From NCBI GenBank assembly GCA_040752415.1, contig JBFMGU010000285.1, positions 1-13,410 of the forward strand: a stretch of DNA of 13,410 nt, written 5' to 3'. A model generated the notes under the pieces. That model saw only the letters and a program-made list of their open reading frames with translations, was not told where the DNA came from and did not search any database. This DNA is from Myxococcota bacterium (GTDB taxonomy: Bacteria; Myxococcota; JACRCW01). Positions 1 through 6,965 of the stretch are shown here, in pieces. The number at the start of each line of letters is the position of its first letter. Position 1 is the stretch's first letter. Made by a program: the position numbers and the translations under genes.

Positions 1-1149
1 GCTCGGCGCGGGTGTGGTCGAGGCGGGCTTGCCCTTGGCCTCCCCGTTCCTGGCGGCGTCCTCCTTGGCGGCGGCCTTGGGGTCCTTGATGTCCTGCAGC
101 GCCGCCATCAGCGTGCTTTCCGGCACCTCCTCCACTTCCACGTCGGCGGGCTTCACCACGTCGTGGGTGCCGGTGGGGATGATGATCTCACCAATCCCCT
201 TGACCTCCAGGGTGCCGCCTTCGCTGTTCAACTCGTCGTCAAACAGCTCGTACAGGTAGCGGCTGATGCGGACGTTGTTGGACTTGTTGGGGCTGCGGTC
301 CAGCCAGTCTTCCAACGCCAGCTGCATCTCCTGCGCGTTGGCGTAGCGACGGTTGGGGTCCTTCTCCAGCGCCTTGGAGAGGATCTTCACCATCTCCGGC
401 GGGACGCTGGGATTGAGCTCCCGCGGGTTGATGGGCTTCTCCTGCACAATGGCCTTCAGCGTCTTGAGCGAGCTGTCGCGTTCGAAGGGACGCGTGGCCG
501 TCAACATCTCGTACATCACGATGCCGACGGCGAAGAGGTCGCTGCGCCCGTCGATCTTGTCGCCGCGGACCTGCTCCGGGCTCATGTAGCTGTACTTGCC
601 CTTCAGCACGCCGGCGCGCGTCTGCGCCAGCTGCGTGGAGGCCTTGGCAATGCCAAAGTCCACCAGCTTCACACCGCCGGCAAAGCTCACCAGGATGTTC
701 TGCGGGCTGATGTCGCGGTGGATGATGTTGAGCGGCTTGCCGTCGTAGTCCTTGCGCGTGTGCGCGTAATAGAGGCCGTCACAGACGCCGCTGATGACGC
801 GGGCCACGTGCTCCACGGGCAGCGGCTTGTTGGCGTCCTTGGCCTTCTTGATGACCGCGGCAACGTTGCGCCCGGAGACGTACTCCATGGCGATGTAGAA
901 GGTGTCGTCGGCGCGCCCCAGGTCATAGATCTGGACCACGTTGGGGTGGCTCAGCTTGGCCGCGATGCGGGCCTCATCCAGGAACATGTTGATGAATTCC
1001 TGGTCGGTGGCCAGATGCGTCAGGATGCGCTTGATGACAACGACCTTCTCAAAGCCCTCCATGCCGGACTGCTTGGCAAGGAAGAGCTCCGCCATGCCGC
1101 CCGCGGCAAGCTTCTGCAGGATCTCGTAGCGGTCGATGGTCTCAGGCAA
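1..1149 (-). CDS. Hanks-type (Pkn-like) serine/threonine protein kinase, 3' end truncated by window edge
   Basis: Manual minus-strand translation from TTG 1149 gives (M)PETIDRYEILQKLAAGGMAELFLAKQ..VVIKRIL..FLDEARIAAKLSHPNVVQIYDLG..IAMEYVSG..IIHRDISPQNIL..VKLVDFGIAKA..GKYSYMSPEQ..RSDLFAVG. GGAG lies 8 nt upstream of the TTG. An in-frame TGA at 1207-1209 and no intervening ATG/GTG fix the start. The frame stays open to base 1. Confidence 0.95.
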   Translation of the reverse strand, partial: MPETIDRYEILQKLAAGGMAELFLAKQSGMEGFEKVVVIKRILTHLATDQEFINMFLDEARIAAKLSHPNVVQIYDLGRADDTFYIAMEYVSGRNVAAVIKKAKDANKPLPVEHVARVISGVCDGLYYAHTRKDYDGKPLNIIHRDISPQNILVSFAGGVKLVDFGIAKASTQLAQTRAGVLKGKYSYMSPEQVRGDKIDGRSDLFAVGIVMYEMLTATRPFERDSSLKTLKAIVQEKPINPRELNPSVPPEMVKILSKALEKDPNRRYANAQEMQLALEDWLDRSPNKSNNVRISRYLYELFDDELNSEGGTLEVKGIGEIIIPTGTHDVVKPADVEVEEVPESTLMAALQDIKDPKAAAKEDAARNGEAKGKPASTTPAPS

Positions 1150-1208
1150 TGGCGGCGCTCCGGATCCCGGACCACAGGCGCGAGCGCACCCGGGTCCCCG
1201 GACGTGTC

Positions 1209-1237
1209 ACCCTAAGAAGCTCATGGGTGTCCGTCAA
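1209..1237 (-). promoter_or_regulatory. Putative sigma70-type promoter of the kinase gene
   Basis: Minus strand reads TTGACG (1237-1232), 17 nt, TAGGGT (1214-1209), about 60 nt upstream of the TTG start in the intergenic gap. Confidence 0.55.
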
Positions 1238-1287
1238 ACCCACGGACGGTGCTCCTCGAGGGGCGAGAGACCGTGTGGGGCCCACCC

Positions 1288-1914
1288 CTACTTCAGGGAG
1301 GCCTGGTGCAGGTGCGGGTTGGCGAAAATGACGCCGTCAAACAGCTTCATGTAGCGGGCGTCGGCGAAGGAGTCGATGCGGGCCTTGTCGATCTTGGTCA
1401 TCTGCTCCGCGCTGATTTTGCCCTCCAGGAGCGCGGTCTCCCCGTCCTTGGGGTCCACGGCACGAATGGACAGGGTCCGGACAATGGGCGCGTTGCTGCC
1501 CACGGCCCAGGCAATCAGGGAGGCCTCCTCCTCCAGGCGCTTCTCCTGCTCACCCTTCCACTTCACGTAGGCCACGACGTGGGTGGGGTCATCAAAGTCC
1601 AGCTGCAGGCTCTCCACGCGGGCGGCCAGCGGCGTGCCTTCCAGGGCCTTGCGGGCGCGCGACTCATGGTCCTTGGCAATGGCCTCACAGGACCCGCCAG
1701 CACCGTCCCCCTTGGCGACGATCTTCTTGAGGTCCTTGGGGCTGACCTTGGCCAGCTTGGCCACCTTGGCCAGCTGCTTGTCCTTGGCCAGCGACTTGTT
1801 TTCATCCTTGGCGATCTCACCCTGCCAGCCGCAGTAGATGCGGAAGTCTTCGGCGGTGAGGTCGGCGGCGGCGGAGAGCGCGAGCGAGAGCGTGAGCGTT
1901 CCAAGCAGTGACAC
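1288..1914 (-). CDS. Hypothetical exported protein (208 aa)
   Basis: GTG start 6 nt after AAGGAGG. Hydrophobic N-terminus LLGTLTLSLALSAAA with an AxA cleavage-like site, a Lys/Ala-rich helical segment and GC3-biased codons. No family recognised. Confidence 0.8.
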   Translation of the reverse strand: MSLLGTLTLSLALSAAADLTAEDFRIYCGWQGEIAKDENKSLAKDKQLAKVAKLAKVSPKDLKKIVAKGDGAGGSCEAIAKDHESRARKALEGTPLAARVESLQLDFDDPTHVVAYVKWKGEQEKRLEEEASLIAWAVGSNAPIVRTLSIRAVDPKDGETALLEGKISAEQMTKIDKARIDSFADARYMKLFDGVIFANPHLHQASLK

Positions 1915-1938
1915 GGAGGGCCTCCTTCGGGGGCTCGC

Positions 1939-1968
1939 AAGCTACGAGTCCGGTTTTCAGGGTGTCAA
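1939..1968 (-). promoter_or_regulatory. Putative sigma70-type promoter of the 1914 gene
   Basis: Minus strand reads a perfect TTGACA (1968-1963), 18 nt, TAGCTT (1944-1939), just upstream of the AAGGAGG RBS (1927-1921). Confidence 0.6.
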
Positions 1969-2089
1969 GACGGACGTCCGACGGAGGCTGAATCTTTCGC
2001 GAAATCCGAGGGCCACCGCCGGCCCGTGCTAAGCATCCCGCCCCCATGTTGGCGCCTCCGGGTCGAGCCTGGGCGTGATGAGGTCAGCG

Positions 2090-4738
2090 ATGTCAGCAAC
2101 AGCTTCATGGATGATGGTGTTGGCGTTGGGCGTGGGTTCCGCGCCGGTGGAACCGCCCAGCGTGACGACGGCGCGCCAGGCGCTGGCCCCGCAGTCGGTC
2201 AGCAAGGACCGTGATGGGACGTGGAACGCGGTGGCGGGATTCACCTACCGCTCCAACATGGCGGCCCCGGAGCACGCGGCGCGCGCGTTCCTGCAGGCCC
2301 ACGGCGCGGCGCTGGGCGTGCCGGCGGGATTGAAGCTGTCCGGCGTGATGAAGACGGCGGCGGGCACGGTGGTGCGGTTCCACCCGGAGCGCTCCGGCAT
2401 CCGCGTGCGTGGCGCCGACGTGGTGGTCCTGGTGGATGACAGCGGCGCGGTGATCATGGCCACGCGCGGTCATCACGCGGGCAACGTGACGCCGGCATTC
2501 CGCGTCTCCGCCATGGACGCGGCGCGGGCGGCGCTGGGCCGTCCGGGTGCCGTGACGCCGGTGAGCGTGACGGCGGAGCAGCTGGCCCCGCGGGCGCGCC
2601 GCTTCTACGACGCCGCTCCCGACGGCACGCTCACCCCGCTTTTCGTGTTTGCGCTGGCGGGTCTGTCGCCGGCGGACGCGGTGGCGGTGAGCGTGGATGC
2701 GCAGAGCGGGACGGTGCTGCAGGTGCGCAAGCTGGCCGTGCACGCGGTGCCGCCGGGCGCGGCGCGTGTGTTTGACCCGGCCCCGCCGGCCAACGGCCCG
2801 GGCACCCTCGTCGACGTGACGCTAGAGCACCTGACCGACCAGCCGGAGCCCGGCTTCCTGCGCGGCGAGTACGTGGACACGTTCAACTGCTGCAAGCGCT
2901 ACGAGTGCACCGGCGGCGACGGGGGCTGCGAGGAGCGGTCCTGCCTGGCGGGGAATGTCGACGGAGGCGTGGAGAGCCGCGTGGTGGTGAGTTTTGATAC
3001 GCGCGGCCTTCCGTTGCCGGACATTGCGCGCGCGTGCGTGCCGGACACCGTCTACATTGACGCGCCCTTCTGCGCGGAGATTCCCAAGGCCAGCGCCGCC
3101 GACGGGGACTTCATCTTCTCCCCGCGGGACGACGCCACGCTGCAGGCGGAGGAGGACGAGTTTGCAGAGGTGATGGCGTACTACCACGTGGACACGTTCC
3201 AGCAGCACATGCGCGGCGTGGCGGAGGACGCGGAGTTCTGCCTGCGTTCCCAGGAGTGCGCGGCGGGTGTGCCGAGCAAGGGCTTCCACGTGGCGGTGAA
3301 CTACCTGCTGCCCAAGTTCGACCAGAACACCTTCCAGGACCTGCTGTGCCAGATCTGCAGCATCCCTCCGCTGGGCTGCGCGGGCGGCAAGGGCACGGAG
3401 GCCAACCCCGCCACGTTGAGCGGCTTCATGCGCGTGCCCAACGCGGCGTTCATCCCCGCGCTCGACGACAACAGCCTGCCCATCCCCGTGGGCGGCGACG
3501 CCTTCACGCGTCCCTACGACAGCATGGTGCTCTACCAGGGACCGGACCGTGACTTCGGCTACGACGGCGACGTCATCTACCACGAGTTCACGCACGCGGT
3601 GATCCACACCGTCATCCAGGCCAACGGCGAGCCCATGGGCTTGGTGGCGCCGACGCTGGACCGCTGGGGCGTGCACAATGACGCGGGCGCGCTCAACGAG
3701 GGCTACGCGGACTTCTTCTCGGAGAGCCTCACGGGCAATCCCGTCACCGGCGAGTACGCGGCGGTGGGCCTGAGCGGGGAGACGGGCATCCGCAACGCGG
3801 GTGAGCGCTGGACGTGCCCGGAGAGCACCACGGGCGAGGTCCACGACGACAGCCGGGCCTGGTCCAGCGCGTTGTGGGCGTTGCGTGAGGCGCTGACCAG
3901 CGGCAACGAGGCGCAGGTGCGCACGTTCGAGAAGGCGGTCTACTCCGCCATGGCCACGCTGCCCGCCAACGCCAGCTTCGGTCAGGCCTCCGTGGCCACG
4001 TCAGCGGCGCTGAACACGGCGTTCCCGGGAAACCAGGCCGCCATTGACCAGATCCTCAACGACCGCGGCGTGATGGACTGCATCCGCGTGCGCCCGCTCA
4101 TCGAGAAGGTGGACGGCGTGTTCGAGGACCGCACCATCGAGGTCCTGCAGTTCGCGGGGAAGGCGGAGGCGGGACTCACCAACTTCGCGCCGGGCCACAT
4201 GCAGTTCCGCCTGGACCTGCCCGCCAGGACCCGCAGCTTCACGTTGCGCTTCAACGCGCGTGGCGGTGGCATCGTGGGCAGCATCATTGGCGGCGAGCCC
4301 ACGGACAACAACCTCAAGCTCATCATCAAGACCGACGAGCCCATCGAGTACAGCTACACCGCCAACCGCGCCAACCACGACGGCGTGGAGCAGACCGTCA
4401 CCCCGGATGACAGCGGCGACGTGGAGGTCACGGTGGAGACGCTGCTGGGTGACGTCGAGGAGACCTGGTACGTGGGCGTCAACGTGCTGGCGGACAACGG
4501 CGTGACCGTCACCGAGATCTCCGCGGAGGCCGAGGTCCCCGCCGCTCCCGACGCGGGCTCCGTCGAGGACGCCGGCACCGCGAACGGTAGCGACGCCGGT
4601 TCCGCGGGCGGTGGTGGCGGCGGTGGCGACGCACCCGCGCAGACCTTCAACTGCGTGTGCGCCGAGCAGAAGGACGCGCTCCCCACCAGCGTGGCACTCC
4701 TGCTGGGGCTGCTGGCGCTGCGTCGTCGTCGTCGGTGA
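2090..4738 (+). CDS. Secreted zinc metallopeptidase, M36 (fungalysin)/M4-like, with FTP/PepSY-like propeptide and MYXO-CTERM-like C-terminal sorting signal
   Basis: Signal-like N-terminus. Propeptide-like motifs VVRFHPERSGIRVRGADVVV and VSVDAQSGTVL. DVIYHEFTH (HExxH at 3581-3595), third ligand in ALNEGYADF, and GEVHDDSRAWSSALW. C-terminus has a DAG/Gly linker, CxC, a hydrophobic stretch and RRRRR. Start placed at ATG 2090 after GAGG (ORF track starts at 2075). Confidence 0.85.
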   Translation: MSATASWMMVLALGVGSAPVEPPSVTTARQALAPQSVSKDRDGTWNAVAGFTYRSNMAAPEHAARAFLQAHGAALGVPAGLKLSGVMKTAAGTVVRFHPERSGIRVRGADVVVLVDDSGAVIMATRGHHAGNVTPAFRVSAMDAARAALGRPGAVTPVSVTAEQLAPRARRFYDAAPDGTLTPLFVFALAGLSPADAVAVSVDAQSGTVLQVRKLAVHAVPPGAARVFDPAPPANGPGTLVDVTLEHLTDQPEPGFLRGEYVDTFNCCKRYECTGGDGGCEERSCLAGNVDGGVESRVVVSFDTRGLPLPDIARACVPDTVYIDAPFCAEIPKASAADGDFIFSPRDDATLQAEEDEFAEVMAYYHVDTFQQHMRGVAEDAEFCLRSQECAAGVPSKGFHVAVNYLLPKFDQNTFQDLLCQICSIPPLGCAGGKGTEANPATLSGFMRVPNAAFIPALDDNSLPIPVGGDAFTRPYDSMVLYQGPDRDFGYDGDVIYHEFTHAVIHTVIQANGEPMGLVAPTLDRWGVHNDAGALNEGYADFFSESLTGNPVTGEYAAVGLSGETGIRNAGERWTCPESTTGEVHDDSRAWSSALWALREALTSGNEAQVRTFEKAVYSAMATLPANASFGQASVATSAALNTAFPGNQAAIDQILNDRGVMDCIRVRPLIEKVDGVFEDRTIEVLQFAGKAEAGLTNFAPGHMQFRLDLPARTRSFTLRFNARGGGIVGSIIGGEPTDNNLKLIIKTDEPIEYSYTANRANHDGVEQTVTPDDSGDVEVTVETLLGDVEETWYVGVNVLADNGVTVTEISAEAEVPAAPDAGSVEDAGTANGSDAGSAGGGGGGGDAPAQTFNCVCAEQKDALPTSVALLLGLLALRRRRR

Positions 4739-4742
4739 GCGG

Positions 4743-5387
4743 ATGGTGAAGGTGCGAGAACGGCTGGGCGCCCTTCTCCTCGTCACGGGCATGGTGTGGG
4801 GTGCGTCGGCGTCGTCCGCGGGCGGGGGCAAGGCGCAACCCGCGGACCTCGTCGACGCCACGCAGCTCGTCCCGGACCTGGTCCTGGACATGCGCTACGC
4901 CACCGAGAACAACTTCCTCAAGCGCAAGCTCTACAGCGTGGGGCGGTGCCTGTTGCGTCGTCACGCGGCGGAGCAACTCAAGCGCGCGGCGGATGCGCTC
5001 AGGGAGAAGGGATTCCGCGTGGTGGCGTGGGACTGCTACCGGCCGCACAGCGTGCAGAAGCTGATGTGGGAAGCCGTTCCCCGACGGGGTTACGTGGCAC
5101 CGCCGCAACCCGGCAGCGTGCACAACCGGGGCGGCGCGGTGGACGTGAGCCTGGCGGACCTGCAGGGAAAGCACGTCCCCATGCCCACCGACTTTGACGA
5201 CTTCACCACGCGCGCGAACCTGCACTCCATGAACCATCCCAAGGACGTCATGCAGCGTCGTCAGGTCCTGCGGGATGCGTTCGAGGGTGCGGGGTTCACC
5301 GGCATCCGGAGCGAGTGGTGGCACTTCGAGGCGTCGGGCGCCCGTCAGTTCCCGGTGCTGGATGTCCCGCTGGAGGACGTGCCCTGA
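4743..5387 (+). CDS. ddpX: D-alanyl-D-alanine dipeptidase, peptidase M15D (VanX/DdpX family), with predicted signal peptide
   Basis: Motifs LDMRYATENNF, WDCYRP, SVHNRGGAVD (SxHxxGxAxD), MPTDFDDF and EWWHF. ATG 4743 lies 4 nt after the peptidase stop. Hydrophobic N-terminus RLGALLLVTGMVWGASA. Confidence 0.9.
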   Translation: MVKVRERLGALLLVTGMVWGASASSAGGGKAQPADLVDATQLVPDLVLDMRYATENNFLKRKLYSVGRCLLRRHAAEQLKRAADALREKGFRVVAWDCYRPHSVQKLMWEAVPRRGYVAPPQPGSVHNRGGAVDVSLADLQGKHVPMPTDFDDFTTRANLHSMNHPKDVMQRRQVLRDAFEGAGFTGIRSEWWHFEASGARQFPVLDVPLEDVP

Positions 5388-5396
5388 GGGGCGACG

Positions 5397-5705
5397 TCAC
5401 TTCTTCTTCTTGAACAGCGCTTCCAGGGCGGCCTTGGCCTTGTCCACCTGCGCATTGCCCTCGCGCTGGCCGTCAATGAGCTTGAAGAAGCCGCAGAAGT
5501 TGAACTTCTCCTTGTCCGGCACGTAGTCGCTCGTGCTCTCCTTGCAGCTGTTGTGCGCGCCCGGGTCGTAGAGCTGGCAGTTACGACAGGAGTGCAGGTC
5601 GGTGGCGCAGTGCGGACAGGTGTCGCGGTAGCCCATCTTCACGTCGAAGACGAGCTGGTTGTTGCACTTCCAACAGTAATACTGGGGGTCCGGCGTGATG
5701 GGCAT
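5397..5705 (-). CDS. Small Cys-rich putative metal (Zn)-binding hypothetical protein (102 aa)
   Basis: CWKC, CPHC, LHSCRNC, NSC and NFC give 8 Cys. GAGGA RBS before ATG 5705. C-terminal helix AKAALEALFKKKK. Confidence 0.85.
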   Translation of the reverse strand: MPITPDPQYYCWKCNNQLVFDVKMGYRDTCPHCATDLHSCRNCQLYDPGAHNSCKESTSDYVPDKEKFNFCGFFKLIDGQREGNAQVDKAKAALEALFKKKK

Positions 5706-5751
5706 GGCGTCCTCTTCTAGAGGGAGGTGGTTCCGACGACAAGCGTGGCCA

Positions 5752-6075
5752 TCAGCCCGCGGGCGTGCTCTCCGTCAGGGCCCAGGCCAGGTAGGAGGGA
5801 AGCACGGCCTCCGCCGTCAGGGAGACCACCTCCGGCACCGTGTAGGGATGCAGCTGCGGCACGCGCGCCATCAGGTCCGCCACCCGCGCGCTCCCCGTCT
5901 TCATGATGAGCAACGTCTCCTCGTCATCCACCACCTTCCCCTGCCAGCGGTAGACGGAACGGATGGGCACCAGGTTGACGCAGGCCACCAGGCGCTCCTC
6001 CACCAGCGCCCGCGCCAGGCCCTCCGCCTTGTCCCGCGGAGCCGTGCACAACACCACGCGCAGATCCGTGCTCAT
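5752..6075 (-). CDS. cutA: Divalent-cation tolerance protein CutA (107 aa)
   Basis: MSTDLRVVLCTAP..LARALVEERLVACVN..SVYRWQGKV..EETLLIMKT..HPYTVPEV..YLAW is the CutA1 signature. The true start is ATG 6075, overlapping the upstream TGA (ATGA), not 6519 as in the ORF track. Confidence 0.95.
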   Translation of the reverse strand: MSTDLRVVLCTAPRDKAEGLARALVEERLVACVNLVPIRSVYRWQGKVVDDEETLLIMKTGSARVADLMARVPQLHPYTVPEVVSLTAEAVLPSYLAWALTESTPAG

Positions 6076-6863
6076 AGGACCGGCAACCTCCTGAGCGGCG
6101 GCGTCGCCAACCCGCGCTCCTTGCGCCACGCACGCGCGGCCACGTCGAGATCCTGGACGAAACGCGGGCTGAAGATGGACGAGAGCGTCCCCACGAAGTC
6201 CTGGTACGTGGGCGGGCCGTCCGCGCCGTAGGTCTTCTTCCCGTGCAGGCACGGCAGCTCGTTGTAGGAGCTGAAACCGATGAGCGCGCCGTTCTCCTCG
6301 TCGAGCTTGCTGAGCATGTACGTGCCGTCCAGCATGTCCTGCAGCACCAGCGGGAAGATGGAGCACAGCTTGGGTTTCACCTTGAAGAGGTCCAGCCCCG
6401 CCTCCATGGCCGCGGTGTGCACGGCGCAGAGCAGCTCTCCGTCGCCACCCGGGTAGCTGAACACGCAGCGGCCGCCGCGCTTGCGGAGCATCAGGTTGAA
6501 CTCCTGGATCTCCGTGCACTCGTCGAGCGTGCGCGGCTTGCGGGCCCAGGACGGATCTTCCCGACGGAGGACCTGGTCAATCAGGTGGAAGTGCTTCTCC
6601 ACACCCTTCAGCTCCTCCGGGGTGACCGCGGCTTCCAGCTCACCGCAGCAGCTCTGCTTGCCACGCTTGCGCAGGCCGGGGGAGCAGACGTGGCTGTCGC
6701 AGACAAAGGGGCGCTGGAACATGTTGACGGCGTCGACGTGGACGTTGCCGACCTTCACCACCTCCCCGCGCGCCTGCTTGGTCTCCAGGTAGCGTTTCCA
6801 GGGGTCCATGAAGCTGTCGGACATCCAGGTGTCCACCGCCTGCTTCAGCAGATGCTTGCCCAT
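6072..6863 (-). CDS. DUF3109-like / YkgJ-related cysteine-cluster (putative Fe-S or Zn) protein
   Basis: Pattern FVCxxxxC..SCC..A.V..EE..CVF..CAVH..KPKLCSIFPL, 9 Cys in total. Start placed at ATG 6863 after GGAG (track start 6929). Confidence 0.7.
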   Translation of the reverse strand: MGKHLLKQAVDTWMSDSFMDPWKRYLETKQARGEVVKVGNVHVDAVNMFQRPFVCDSHVCSPGLRKRGKQSCCGELEAAVTPEELKGVEKHFHLIDQVLRREDPSWARKPRTLDECTEIQEFNLMLRKRGGRCVFSYPGGDGELLCAVHTAAMEAGLDLFKVKPKLCSIFPLVLQDMLDGTYMLSKLDEENGALIGFSSYNELPCLHGKKTYGADGPPTYQDFVGTLSSIFSPRFVQDLDVAARAWRKERGLATPPLRRLPVL

Positions 6864-6965
6864 CTTGCGCTCCACGCCGGTTGCAAAGGCGGGCGCATCT
6901 AGTCCAGCGCAGACGCGGTTGTCACGCATTCAGCGCGCGGATGCCGTCGCCAAACGTTGGACGCT

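Noticed and set aside
163..1215. 350-aa plus-strand ORF
   Set aside because: Codon-aligned antisense shadow of the kinase; no motifs of its own.
2019..2036. GG-N10-GC sigma54-like site (CGGCCCGTGCTAAGCA) upstream of the peptidase
   Set aside because: Poor match to TGGCAC-N5-TTGC; the bare spacing is common in GC-rich DNA.
4743..5387. vanX as evidence of a vancomycin-resistance cluster
   Set aside because: No vanH, vanA/B or vanRS in the window; stand-alone M15D peptidases are widespread.
5388..5396. Terminator between the convergent ddpX and Cys-rich genes
   Set aside because: Only 9 nt separate the stops and no convincing hairpin plus U-tract is visible.
6076..6519. Apparent 148-aa N-terminal extension of CutA in the ORF track
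   Set aside because: Arg/Ala-rich off-frame reading of the DUF3109-like gene; the ATGA overlap at 6072-6075 marks the real start.
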